From: Terriglobales bacterium
GTDB taxonomy: Bacteria; Acidobacteriota; Terriglobia; Terriglobales; Acidobacteriaceae
Length of the DNA: 64,000 nucleotides
Direction: 5' to 3'
Assembly: GCA_049519955.1 (NCBI GenBank)
Contig: JBEKQG010000001.1
Span: forward strand, 2,590 to 66,589
Position 1 is the stretch's first letter. Every line of letters starts with the position of its first letter. Below the pieces are notes generated by a model. That model did no database searches. It was not told the origin of the DNA and saw nothing but the letters and a program-made list of their open reading frames with translations. Position numbers and translations under genes: made by a program. Shown piece after piece: positions 8,908 through 18,256 of this stretch.

Positions 8908-10131
8908 TCAGCGCAGCCGCATTCCCGCCTCGGCGCAAAAATCCATCGCCACAAAATCCTTGCGCAGAAATTTCGGATACGCCGCCGCCGCGATCATCGC
9001 CGCATTGTCGGTCGATAGCGCGCGCGACGGAAAGAAAACTGGCAGCCCCGCGCTCCCCGCTTCGCGCTCAAACCTGTCGCGCAATTCGCGATTCGCGGCC
9101 ACTCCGCCGCTCACAAAAAGCGTGCGCACCTCATACTCTCTCGCCGCCGCCAGCGTCTTCATCACCAGATCGTTGACCATCGTGCGCTGGAATGACGCCA
9201 CCAGATTGAGAATTTGGCGGTCGCACAGCGATAGATAGTCTTCGATCTTCGGTTTCTCCATGCCCGCGAGCGCCTGCCGCCGGGCCTCAATCGCAGGTTT
9301 CAAATCGTGCGTCTCCACATATCGCAAGACCGCCGTCTTGATCCCGCTGTAGGAAAAATCAAAGCTCGGCCCAACGAAGTGCGGCCCGTCGTCCTCCGCC
9401 CGAAGTTGCCGGCCTTCTTGTTTATGATCGCCCTGCTTATGATCGTCCTGTTTATGATCGCCCCGCTTGTGCTCGCGCCGGTCCGCGTGCTTCATCTGCG
9501 CCATCTGGAACTTGACCGCGTGCGGATCGCCGTGCGGCGCCAGCCGGTCTATGATCGGCCCTCCCGGATAGCCCAGCCCCAGCAGCTTCGCGACCTTATC
9601 GAACGCCTCTCCGGCGGCGTCGTCGCGCGTGTGCCCGATGTTGCAATAGCTCCAGAGATTTTCCCGCAATTCGGCAAGATAAAGATGCGTATGTCCGCCC
9701 GAGACAACCAGTGCCAGCACCGGGAAATTCAGCTCGCCATCCCCACTCTGCCGCCGCTCAAGCAATACGGCATGAATGTGTCCCTCTATGTGATTGACCG
9801 CGATCAGCGGCTTCCCCAGCGCAAACGCCAGCGCCTTGGCAAAGCTGATGCCCACGAGCAAAGCGCCCGCCAGTCCTGGCCCTTGCGTGACCGCGATGGC
9901 ATCGACGGACGCGTATGTCTTGCCCGCTTCGGCTAAAGCCTGCCGCACCACCGGCACAATGGCGCGCAAGTGCTCGCGCGACGCCAGCTCCGGAACCACT
10001 CCGCCATAAGGCTGGTGCGTGGCAATCTGCGAAGCCACTATGTTCGACAAAATCCGCTGCCCCGAGCGCACCACCGCCGCCCCTGTCTCATCGCAGGAAC
10101 TCTCAATGCCGAGGATGCACGCGTCAGGCAT
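8908..10131 (-). CDS. tsaD: tRNA N6-adenosine threonylcarbamoyltransferase TsaD, with a ~40-aa His/Lys/Asp-rich insertion
   Basis: Shows ILGIESSCDETGAAVV, HIEGHI, VSGGHTHL and SYSGIKTAV motifs. I place the start at MPDACILGIESS (ATG = complement of 10129-10131), because the longer ORF start at 10236 would overlap the divergent cca gene. Confidence 0.9.
   Translation of the reverse strand: MPDACILGIESSCDETGAAVVRSGQRILSNIVASQIATHQPYGGVVPELASREHLRAIVPVVRQALAEAGKTYASVDAIAVTQGPGLAGALLVGISFAKALAFALGKPLIAVNHIEGHIHAVLLERRQSGDGELNFPVLALVVSGGHTHLYLAELRENLWSYCNIGHTRDDAAGEAFDKVAKLLGLGYPGGPIIDRLAPHGDPHAVKFQMAQMKHADRREHKRGDHKQDDHKQGDHKQEGRQLRAEDDGPHFVGPSFDFSYSGIKTAVLRYVETHDLKPAIEARRQALAGMEKPKIEDYLSLCDRQILNLVASFQRTMVNDLVMKTLAAAREYEVRTLFVSGGVAANRELRDRFEREAGSAGLPVFFPSRALSTDNAAMIAAAAYPKFLRKDFVAMDFCAEAGMRLR
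9417..9476. repeat. four tandem 15-bp units inside tsaD
   Basis: The units are cttgtttatgatcgc / cctgcttatgatcgt / cctgtttatgatcgc / cccgcttgtgctcgc. On the coding strand they encode HKRG-DHKQD-DHKQG-DHKQE. Confidence 0.9.
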
Positions 10132-10195
10132 AATTAGGTTCAAGCTCGCAGCTCGCAGCTCGTAGCCATTTAGTTTACGCGACTGCCAACTATCG

Positions 10196-11647
10196 ATGTC
10201 CAACGCCAAACAACACGCGACCGAAATCGTCCGCATCCTGCGCCAGCGCGGCTACCAGGCCTACCTGGCCGGAGGCTGCGTCCGCGATCTTCTGCTCAAC
10301 CGCGAGCCCGCCGACTACGACGTCGCGACCGACGCCACTCCCCGCCAGGTCATGCAGATCTTTCCGCAAACGCTCGCGGTAGGCGAACAGTTCGGAGTAG
10401 TGCTGGTGCCCTTCAAAGCTGATACCACAAAGGACACGAAGGAACACGAAGGCGACGAACCTGCGCGAACAGACCCCTTCGAGGGGCGAGCCGTACCGGG
10501 CGCGATGGGCGGATCGGGGAAACAGCGCTGCCTGTCGTTGTCGCCATCTCTGCGGAAGTCTGTCGAGGTAGCCACCTTCCGCTCCGACGTTGGCTACTCC
10601 GATGGCCGTCATCCCGACGAAGTCCGCTTCACCAAAGACCCACGCGAAGATGCGCTGCGCCGCGATTTCACCATCAACGGCATGATGCTCGATCCCGCAA
10701 CCAACGCGATCTTAGATTTTGTCGGCGGACGCGACGATCTCAAAGCTGGAATCGTCCGCGCCATCGGCGATCCCGAACGCCGTTTTGCCGAAGACAAACT
10801 GCGCATGTTGCGCGCCGTGCGTTTTGCCGCCCGCTTCGATTACCGGATCGCCCCCGCCACCATGTCGGCCATCCAGCGGCTCGCGCCCCACATCCGCCAG
10901 GTTTCCCCGGAACGCGTGCGCGAGGAACTCTCGAAGATGCTCACCGAAGGCCGCGCCCGCCGCGCCTTTCAGCTACTCGATACGACCGGCCTCTTGCCCG
11001 AAGTCCTGCCCGAAATCGCCGCCATGCAGGGAGTCGAGCAGCCGCCGCAATATCATCCCGAAGGCGACGTCTTCGTGCACAGCCTGCTCCTGCTCGAAAA
11101 ACTGCCGCCAGCATGTTCGAAGACGCTGGCCTGGGGAGCGCTTCTGCACGATGTCGGCAAGCCCCCGACTTTCCGCGTCGCGCCCGACCGCATCCGCTTC
11201 GATGGCCACGTCGAAGTCGGCGTGAAGATGGCCGCCGAAATCTGCCGCCGCCTGCGCTTCTCCAATCACGAGACCGATCAAATTCTGGCGCTGGTCGAGA
11301 ATCACATGCGCTTTGCCGACGTGCAGCGCATGAAGCAATCCACGCTGAAAAGGTTCTTACGCCTGCCCGCCTTCGACGAGCATCTGGAGCTGCACCGCCT
11401 CGACTGCCTCTCCAGCCACGGCAATCTCGACTCGTATGAATACTCGCGCCAGCAGTCGCAGTCGATGCCGCCCGAAGCGATCCGCCCCACTCCGCTGATT
11501 ACCGGCCAGGACCTGATCGCAGCAGGCTACCAGCCCGGCCCCCGCTTCAAGGAAATCCTAACCGCCATCGAAGACGCCCAACTGGAAGGCCGCGTGGCCA
11601 CGCGCGCACAGGCGATGGATGTAGTGGCGCGCCAATTTCCGCTATGA
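10196..11647 (+). CDS. cca: CCA-adding tRNA nucleotidyltransferase (class II, HD domain), with an internal ~50-aa insertion
   Basis: Shows GGCVRDLLLNREPADYDVATDATP, FRSD, RDFTINGM and the HD-domain HDVGKP motifs. 483 aa is longer than usual because of the insert ADTTKDTKEHEGDEPARTDPFEGRAVPGAMGGSGKQRCLSLSPSLRKS. Confidence 0.85.
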   Translation: MSNAKQHATEIVRILRQRGYQAYLAGGCVRDLLLNREPADYDVATDATPRQVMQIFPQTLAVGEQFGVVLVPFKADTTKDTKEHEGDEPARTDPFEGRAVPGAMGGSGKQRCLSLSPSLRKSVEVATFRSDVGYSDGRHPDEVRFTKDPREDALRRDFTINGMMLDPATNAILDFVGGRDDLKAGIVRAIGDPERRFAEDKLRMLRAVRFAARFDYRIAPATMSAIQRLAPHIRQVSPERVREELSKMLTEGRARRAFQLLDTTGLLPEVLPEIAAMQGVEQPPQYHPEGDVFVHSLLLLEKLPPACSKTLAWGALLHDVGKPPTFRVAPDRIRFDGHVEVGVKMAAEICRRLRFSNHETDQILALVENHMRFADVQRMKQSTLKRFLRLPAFDEHLELHRLDCLSSHGNLDSYEYSRQQSQSMPPEAIRPTPLITGQDLIAAGYQPGPRFKEILTAIEDAQLEGRVATRAQAMDVVARQFPL

Positions 11648-11653
11648 CTTTGT

Positions 11654-11735
11654 TTCTCCTCTGTGCCCCTCCGTGTCCACTGCGGTTGCTTCAGAAAGCC
11701 TGAACCACAGGGGACACAGAGTCACACAGAGAAAA
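11654..11735. repeat. REP-like palindromic element, family 1 (ctgtgtcccctgtggttcag type)
   Basis: The two arms are ttctcctctgtgcccctccgtgtccactgcggttgcttcag and ctgaaccacaggggacacagagtcacacagagaaaa. Related copies are at 30146-30226, 8857-8899 and, in a coding region, 33245-33291. Confidence 0.8.
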
Positions 11736-11795
11736 CCAAACCGCAGGTCCTTCACTTCGCTCAGGTTCAACAGCGAGAGTTGACACCTGAGAGAT

Positions 11796-14700
11796 TTACT
11801 CCACGTCCCTATCCTTGTCCTGCGTAGTGGTCCGCGCCGCGTCGGTCGCGCCGGGAAGCGGCTTTTCGAGATCGATCGGTGCCAATTTCGCTTTCTTCAA
11901 TCTCTCGTTCAGCTCCGGAATGTCCTTTGTTTTGAGTTGATTCCAAGCCGACAACTGCACTTCCAGCGCCTTCTCCAATTCTTCAAACATCGCGGCCTGC
12001 TGCGTGGTGGGCGCGGCGTCGGCGCTATCGAGAGCGCTGACCAGCGCGTTGAGTCCGCCATTCAGCCGCGCCAGACTGCGGCTTTCAGGCGTGCTCAGGT
12101 AGCGCGCATCGTCGTCCCCTTCTTCTCCCTCGATGGGTGCGGCTTTCTCCTCCAGTTCGGCAGCCGTCTTGACAATAACTGCGAGCTTTGCATCCTTAGC
12201 AGGCCCGTGCTCGGCAAACGCCTTCAACTGCACTCGCAGACTGCGCACCTGTTGCAGGGCTTCGTAGTCTCGATGAAGCGCATCGGCAATTTTCCGGTCG
12301 AGCTCGAATTGCCGGCGCAGATCTTCCGGCGAAGTCTTCACCCGCGGATCCATTCGTATTTCTAGCGGCTCCGTGTAGCTCTGGCCGCCAGCCGTGAGCA
12401 CTACTTTGTATTGGCCGGGGAGCACAGTGGCGCCGAGCGGCCCTCGCGGCGTGTCGTGGTAGATGGCCGAGATCGGATACTGGTGCTCGAGCACATCGGG
12501 CTCGGGATAAGCCAAGTCCCAGAGGAAGCGATGCATCCCCGCTTCCGCCGAAAGCATGCGCGCCGGGCGTACCCAATACATCGGAACGTCCAACTCTTTC
12601 GCATTGACTCGCTCGGGCTTATCGTCGCTCGAAAAGCGGCGCACGACTTGACCCGATACGGCATCGGCAATTTCCAGCGTGACTGGGCCGGAAGCTGCGT
12701 TGGCGAGCCAGTAGTCGATCATGGCGCCATCGGGAGGATTTTGGCCTGCGGGTTCCTCCGGCGGCAGCGGCGTGTCGGTGTTGTTGTTGCGGCGCACGCG
12801 ATACGTCAACTGCGGAGCGAAAAGATACGCTGCCGCGTTCCCAACCTCCGCGCTAAACTGCCGCAGCGGCGTGATGTTATCCAAGATCCAAAACGACCGC
12901 CCGTGGGTCCCGACGACAACATCGTCATGATGAACGACGAGATCGCGAATAGAAGTCGGCGGCAAATTCATCTGTAGCGACTGCCAATGGCCGCCGTCGT
13001 CCCACGACACATAGACGCTGCGCTCGGTGCCGGCAAAAAGCATCCCCTTCCGTACCGGATCTTCCCGCACCGTGTTGACGGGCTCGTCATCGGGCAGGCC
13101 GCTCGTGATTTTCTGCCACGACTTCCCGCCGTCGTGCGTGCGGTAGATATAAGGATGCAGATCGTCGAGCCGGAAGCGATTCACCGCGGCGTACGCGGTC
13201 GCGGTATCGAAGTGCGAGGCATCCATCTGCGCCAGCTTGCTCCAGGGCGTCAATTCCGGAGGCGTCACGTTTTGCCAGTTCTTGCCGCCGTCGCGCGTCA
13301 CATGAATCAGGCCATCGTCGGTGCCGGCCCAGATCATGTTCGCGTCAAGCGGCGACGGAGCCACGGAATAGATCACGCCGCGGTGCTTGCCCTTCGCCGG
13401 GTCGGCCTCGATAAACGGCCCGAGGGTCGCGGGATATCCCGGATCTTCGCGCGTCAGATCGGGGCTGACAATCTGCCAACTGTTGCCGCCATCGCGCGTG
13501 GCGAACAGCACGTTCGAGCCGAGATACAGCACGAGCGGATCGGCCGCCGAAAAAATCAGTGGCGCCGTGCGATTGAAACGATATTGCCCGGTACGCAGGA
13601 CCACTGGCGAAACGTCGCGCGTCTGGCCGGTATTGCGGTCGAACACCGTGACCTTGCCGCCGTAAATCAGATTGGGATGCAAAGGATCGGGCGCGACATA
13701 GCCGTATTCCTCGGTGCCGACCGTCGTCCAGTCGCGAAAAGTGATTTCGCCAAAGTCGCTGCGGCTGGCGGTGCCGATCGAGCCGCTTTCCTGCTGTCCG
13801 CCATACACCCAGTACGGAAACTCGTTGTCGGTGACCACGTGATAGAACTGCGCCGTGGGCTGGTTGTACCAGGAACTCCAAGTCTCACCGCCATTCACGC
13901 TGATGGTCGCTCCCTGATCGACGCCGAGCGCGATAATGTCGGGGTTTTCGGGATTGATCCAAATGGTGTGGTAATCGTCGCCCCCCGGCGCGCCCTTGAT
14001 GGCGGTGAAATTTTTGCCCGCGTCATCGGAGCGGTAGGTTGTCGTGTTGGCCACATAAATGACATCCTTGTTTCGTGGATCGACGCGCACGCAGGCGAAG
14101 TCCGACCCGCGTCCCGAGATGCGCTCCTCGGTATTGACAAGCTGCCAGCTTTCGCCGGCATCGTCGGAGCGATAGACTCCGGCGTTTTTCTGCGCGTCCG
14201 CCAGGGCGTACATGCGATCGGGATCGCTGGGTGAAGCGGCGACGCCGATGCGGCCCAGCTTATCGTCTCCACTCGGCAGTCCTTTTGTAATCTGCCGCCA
14301 GTTATCGCCGCCATCGGTTGACTTATAGAGGCCGCTCCCCGGGCCGTTGTATTCGTCGACGTTCGTCCACGGTGGACGGCGCGAAGCCCACATATCGGCA
14401 AAAATCACCTGCGCGTTTCGCGGATCGAATGCCAGGTCAATCGCTCCCACGTTCTCGTCTTTATATAGAATTTTTTGCCACGTCTCGCCGCCGTCGAGCG
14501 AGCGGTAAACGCCGCGCTCGGCATTCGGGCCATAAGGATGCCCGAGGGCGGCTACAAAAACGCGGTCCGCATTTTTGGGATCGACCAGGATCGCTCCAAT
14601 TTGCTGCGCGTCGCGCAGCCCCAGATGCCGCCAGGTGCGGCCGCCATCGGTCGATTTGTAGATGCCGTTGCCCACGGAAAGATCGGGCCGGCGCAGCCCC

Positions 14701-15062
14701 TCACCGCTGCCAACATAGATCGTGTTCGGGCTCGAGGGCGCCACCGCCAGCGCTCCAATCGAACCGGAGCGGCGGTCGTCGTTCGGTTGATCGCCGCTGG
14801 ATTGGCCATCGAAGATCGGGTTCCAAGTGCGGCCCGAGTCCGTCGTCTTCCAAACTCCTCCGTTGTTTGGCGCCATGTAGAAAACATTCGGCTGCCCCGG
14901 CACGCCCGAAATCGCCACCGTGCGGCCGCCCCGGAAGGGGCCAATCATTCGCCAGTGCAGCTCCTGATACATTGCCGGGTCGTACTGCTGGGCGGAAAGC
15001 GCAACAGGAAAAAGCAAAACGCAGAGCGCGGCGAGCACGAGCCAGAAGAGTCGCTTGTTCAC
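11796..15062 (-). CDS. secreted BNR/Asp-box repeat protein (sortilin/VPS10-like, 'glycosyl hydrolase BNR repeat' type)
   Basis: 1088-aa ORF with a signal peptide (MNKRLFWLVLAALCVLLFPVALSAQ) and many S-x-D-x-G-x-T-W repeats (TTDSGRTWNP, STDGGRTWRH, SLDGGETWQK, STDGGDNWRQ, SDDAGESWQL and others). Confidence 0.8.
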   Translation of the reverse strand: MNKRLFWLVLAALCVLLFPVALSAQQYDPAMYQELHWRMIGPFRGGRTVAISGVPGQPNVFYMAPNNGGVWKTTDSGRTWNPIFDGQSSGDQPNDDRRSGSIGALAVAPSSPNTIYVGSGEGLRRPDLSVGNGIYKSTDGGRTWRHLGLRDAQQIGAILVDPKNADRVFVAALGHPYGPNAERGVYRSLDGGETWQKILYKDENVGAIDLAFDPRNAQVIFADMWASRRPPWTNVDEYNGPGSGLYKSTDGGDNWRQITKGLPSGDDKLGRIGVAASPSDPDRMYALADAQKNAGVYRSDDAGESWQLVNTEERISGRGSDFACVRVDPRNKDVIYVANTTTYRSDDAGKNFTAIKGAPGGDDYHTIWINPENPDIIALGVDQGATISVNGGETWSSWYNQPTAQFYHVVTDNEFPYWVYGGQQESGSIGTASRSDFGEITFRDWTTVGTEEYGYVAPDPLHPNLIYGGKVTVFDRNTGQTRDVSPVVLRTGQYRFNRTAPLIFSAADPLVLYLGSNVLFATRDGGNSWQIVSPDLTREDPGYPATLGPFIEADPAKGKHRGVIYSVAPSPLDANMIWAGTDDGLIHVTRDGGKNWQNVTPPELTPWSKLAQMDASHFDTATAYAAVNRFRLDDLHPYIYRTHDGGKSWQKITSGLPDDEPVNTVREDPVRKGMLFAGTERSVYVSWDDGGHWQSLQMNLPPTSIRDLVVHHDDVVVGTHGRSFWILDNITPLRQFSAEVGNAAAYLFAPQLTYRVRRNNNTDTPLPPEEPAGQNPPDGAMIDYWLANAASGPVTLEIADAVSGQVVRRFSSDDKPERVNAKELDVPMYWVRPARMLSAEAGMHRFLWDLAYPEPDVLEHQYPISAIYHDTPRGPLGATVLPGQYKVVLTAGGQSYTEPLEIRMDPRVKTSPEDLRRQFELDRKIADALHRDYEALQQVRSLRVQLKAFAEHGPAKDAKLAVIVKTAAELEEKAAPIEGEEGDDDARYLSTPESRSLARLNGGLNALVSALDSADAAPTTQQAAMFEELEKALEVQLSAWNQLKTKDIPELNERLKKAKLAPIDLEKPLPGATDAARTTTQDKDRDVE

Positions 15063-15157
15063 GGTGAGTCCTCGTTAATTGTCGAAGAGAGGTTAAGAAT
15101 AAACCACGGCAGCGGCGATTGGACAGCGTAGTCGCTAACGGCCATGCCCGGATTGAA

Positions 15158-15238
15158 CCACCAAGGACGCTAAGCAGCACGAACCGTGCGTTGCGGTTCG
15201 TACCTTCGATTCAAATTTCGTCCTTCGTGTTTCATGAA
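15158..15238. repeat. imperfect palindrome built from aaggacg/cgaagg words, with central hairpin cacgaaccg-N7-cggttcgt
   Basis: Read directly. It lies downstream of the minus-strand gene ending at 15276, so it is terminator-like. Confidence 0.6.
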
Positions 15239-15275
15239 GATCGGAGTCGGTCTCGCAACCGGGGTGGGTGCGGCG

Positions 15276-16055
15276 TCAGGTGAGGATGGAGTCGTCGAGC
15301 CGTTTACGGCGGAAGTCGGCGGCGGATTGCAAGAACGCCATGATCAGCGGATGCGGATTGTCTTCGCTTGACGCAAGCTGCGGTTGGAACAACGTCGCGA
15401 TGTAGAACAAGTGCGCGGGAGATTCGATGGCCCGGCATTCTTCTTGCGCGCCGCGCGCCACCACCGGGAACCCCGCTTCCATCGCCATCCATTCGAAATC
15501 GGGATTGAGTTCGTAGTTGCAAAAAAATTCTTCCTCGATCGTTTCCTTTCCATAAAACGCCGCGAGATAAGAACCGGGACGGAGGCGAATGCCGGGAACT
15601 TTTCCCGAAAGCTTGGGCGCGTTCGGCTCTCGGTTGGGAACGGCGCAGGCGACCGGATGGATGACGATGTTCTTGGCGTGCGGGTCTTCTTCGGCGGTGG
15701 TCGCGTCGCGGACGCCGAGCACGTTGCGCGCGCACTCGATGAGCGCGTACTGGAAACCGCCGCAGGTCGCGAGGAATGGCCGGTCGTGGACGCGGGCGAA
15801 CTCGATGCCTTTAATCATGCCGTCGAAACTTCTGTAGGGGCTGCCCGCCGAAGCCCACAGTCCGTCGCAGGAATCGAGCGTGGCGTCGCCGCCCGGCTCG
15901 AGAAGCGCAGGCGTCGGGACCCAGGACGATTCCACCCTGAGCCGGAGCTTCCCGGCCGCGTGCAGGAGCGAATCGTTGGTCGCGCGATGGGAGCGGAGTT
16001 CGGAATTGAAATCGCCGAGAACCCCTATGCGGACGGCTTCAGTCACGAGAGACAT
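15276..16055 (-). CDS. class I glutamine amidotransferase-like protein (CTP synthase C-terminal domain-like)
   Basis: 259-aa ORF. A nucleophile-elbow-like CGGFQ sits in FLATCGGFQYALIECARNVLG, resembling the CTP synthase GATase domain. No synthetase domain is present. Confidence 0.6.
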   Translation of the reverse strand: MSLVTEAVRIGVLGDFNSELRSHRATNDSLLHAAGKLRLRVESSWVPTPALLEPGGDATLDSCDGLWASAGSPYRSFDGMIKGIEFARVHDRPFLATCGGFQYALIECARNVLGVRDATTAEEDPHAKNIVIHPVACAVPNREPNAPKLSGKVPGIRLRPGSYLAAFYGKETIEEEFFCNYELNPDFEWMAMEAGFPVVARGAQEECRAIESPAHLFYIATLFQPQLASSEDNPHPLIMAFLQSAADFRRKRLDDSILT

Positions 16056-16169
16056 TCTAAATTAGCCGTTCGCGCCTGGCGTTGAGGAGTGAGTTGCGGG
16101 CGCCGTGGAGATCGAGGAACTGCACGCCAGAAACCATGAGCCAGCGGCGAAAAGCGAACAGCCCCTCTG

Positions 16170-17531
16170 CTACTGCGGTGCCATCTGCGCCCACAGCAGG
16201 TAGAGGGCGAACAGCGTAATGGCGGCGCCACCCCAGACCATGACAGCGGATTTCCAGGCGAGCGCGCCGGCGCGTTCCTTGTGGTTGCGGAACGAGATCA
16301 CGAACCTGGGATGATTCGCGCCTTTCATCAATACTACGGGCGGAGCCAGATTGTAGTCGGACCGCACCGGCTGATCCTCAATCGGACCAGCATTGTTCGA
16401 ACGCGCTTGCTTTGAACGGGTCTCGCACGGACTTTCCTCGTTGTGGCCAAAGTCATGACCCAGGTCGTGGGCGAAAACTGGCACGGCGGGCTCATTCTCT
16501 TCGACCGCCAGGTTGTGGTTCGGAATTGCGGCGGCGGACATCACCCCTCCGTTGGCGGCGCCGGCGCGATTGAGCGCGGCCGCGATTTTTGCCTGCTGGC
16601 TCATTTCTCGCGTGGCAGTGGGGACCGCGCCACTGGAAAGTCTGATGATCTCTGGGGCAGGGAGCGGGATCGAAACCTCATGGGGCGCGAGATCGCTCCT
16701 GGAATCGTTGTCCGGAGAATCGTTGTCCGGAGAATCGCCGGGCGAAGACAGCGGACGCACCGGAACGCCCGGATTTTCCGTGAGCGTGCCGGCGACGAAG
16801 AGCGCGTCTGCGGGCTTGACCAACCGTTCTTCGATGCGCAAGCGGCGGCCCGGAACGATGCCGTGACGCGTAAGAAAAGTGTGGATGCGCGACCGTATTT
16901 CATCCTGGTTTGAAGTGGAAGGGTGCGGCGGGGAAAAGTCCGGCGCGAAAAACGCTGCGTCATATTCCTCCCGAAAATCGCTGTGCAAGTCGATCTCGGC
17001 TCCGACAGGATCGATCAGCACCTGTCCAGTCGAGTCTTCAATGAAAAATGGCAGGTGCAGAGTTTCGTCCGCAACTTGCTCCCACTTTTGCTTCTTCCCC
17101 TCACGCTGCTGCCAGACGGTTGTGCGATAGAGAAAACAAGGCTCGCCGATGATCGGTGCCGTAGTGGTGTAAGGGCCCCTGGCCACGCCGTTGACCTCGA
17201 CCGGCCCCAGCGCGGCACCGCGAATGTCGGACGTTGGCGTGCTAAACACCAAGCGCTTGCGGCCGAGCAGATGGAATCCGGCAAAGAACGAGCACAATCC
17301 GGACGCCGTCGCCACCGACGCAAGAATCGTGGGGTGCGTGATCTGCGTAAAGATCGCAATGAAAAAGGATAGGCAGACGGTCACGTTGCTTCCGTGGATT
17401 CGCTCGGCGGATCCGATGCTCAAGGCATCTGATATGAGGATAAGAACGGATGGCGAGAACGCACGACGAAATGGGCCGAAACGCCTTACGGAAGTAACGT
17501 TGCGATCTCCCTTACAAAGTTGACCTGCCAC
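16170..17531 (-). CDS. membrane protein with GIDE-like domain
   Basis: 453-aa ORF with N-terminal TM helices. The core GPVEVNGVARGPYTTTAPIIGEPCFLYRTTVWQQREGKKQKWEQVADETLHLPFFIEDSTGQVLIDP resembles the GIDE (PF12483) pattern as I remember it. It has a C-terminal TM helix and an SPDNDSPDNDS repeat. The start codon is uncertain. Confidence 0.5.
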   Translation of the reverse strand: MAGQLCKGDRNVTSVRRFGPFRRAFSPSVLILISDALSIGSAERIHGSNVTVCLSFFIAIFTQITHPTILASVATASGLCSFFAGFHLLGRKRLVFSTPTSDIRGAALGPVEVNGVARGPYTTTAPIIGEPCFLYRTTVWQQREGKKQKWEQVADETLHLPFFIEDSTGQVLIDPVGAEIDLHSDFREEYDAAFFAPDFSPPHPSTSNQDEIRSRIHTFLTRHGIVPGRRLRIEERLVKPADALFVAGTLTENPGVPVRPLSSPGDSPDNDSPDNDSRSDLAPHEVSIPLPAPEIIRLSSGAVPTATREMSQQAKIAAALNRAGAANGGVMSAAAIPNHNLAVEENEPAVPVFAHDLGHDFGHNEESPCETRSKQARSNNAGPIEDQPVRSDYNLAPPVVLMKGANHPRFVISFRNHKERAGALAWKSAVMVWGGAAITLFALYLLWAQMAPQ

Positions 17532-17664
17532 GCTTCGTCTCTACGAACTCGGTTTTCAAGTTCGCGGCCGCCGCTTCCAGACCACTGGTTGCGAATCGGG
17601 CAGAGCGCCAGAGCTGGAGATGGCGTCGCCCTCGGCAAAGACTTTTCGTAGGAGCGACTCTGCG

Positions 17665-17694
17665 TTGACAAGCGCGTTCGGGCTGGGCTATTCT
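17665..17694 (+). promoter_or_regulatory. candidate sigma70-type promoter for rplM-rpsI
   Basis: TTGACA (17665-17670), an 18-nt spacer, then TATTCT (17689-17694), about 130 nt upstream of the rplM ATG. Pattern match only. Confidence 0.35.
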
Positions 17695-17822
17695 TAAGGT
17701 CTTTGGAAGTCCTGCGGCTGCCCGCCTGGAACACCTAGCGCGCGTTCTGCGTGGATAGATATTGCTTAGGGCACTCAGCGGTCTTCAAATAATAGCGTTC
17801 CGTAAGCTCTGGGAGAGTTCCG

Positions 17823-18254
17823 ATGTCAACCTATTTCCCGAAAGAGGGAGATATTGCGCGTAAGTGGTTTGTAGTGGATGCGAGCGGACTTCCGCTCGGG
17901 CGCCTCGCCTCGCGCGTGGCCCGCATTTTGATCGGCAAAGAGAACCCGAAATACACGCCGTTTCTCGACACCGGCGACCATGTGATCGTCATCAACGCCG
18001 ACAAGATCAAGATCACCGGCATGAAGGCCGATCAGAAGGTCTATCACCGCTATACCGGATATCCCGGCGGATTGCGCTCGGAAGACATGAAGAAGCGCAT
18101 GGTCCGCAAGCCGGAACTGGTGATTGAAGACGCCGTGTCGCGCATGTTGCCCAAGAACAAGCTGGGCAAGCAGATGTTCACGAAGCTGAAGGTTTACCGC
18201 GGCGACAAGCACCCGCACGAGGCCCAGAAGCCGGAAGCGAAGGTGTTTGCGTAA
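17823..18254 (+). CDS. rplM: 50S ribosomal protein L13
   Basis: 143-aa ORF: [49 protein letters not shown]...[10 protein letters not shown]. Confidence 0.97.
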   Translation: MSTYFPKEGDIARKWFVVDASGLPLGRLASRVARILIGKENPKYTPFLDTGDHVIVINADKIKITGMKADQKVYHRYTGYPGGLRSEDMKKRMVRKPELVIEDAVSRMLPKNKLGKQMFTKLKVYRGDKHPHEAQKPEAKVFA

Positions 18255-18256
18255 AG

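Noticed and set aside
8908-10236. Long N-terminal extensions given by the ORF track for tsaD; the same applies to tsf, rnr, the quinone oxidoreductase gene, fabG, hemY, hypD, hypE, hypB and the CDP-alcohol transferase gene
   Set aside because: The family-typical N-termini begin at internal start codons, often with a visible SD. The extensions overlap divergent genes or repeat elements, so I trimmed the coordinates.
12987-14234. 415-aa plus-strand ORF, with several shorter ones, opposite the BNR-repeat gene
   Set aside because: Shadow ORFs in a high-GC gene. They have no recognisable domains, whereas the minus-strand frame has repeated Asp-box motifs and a signal peptide.
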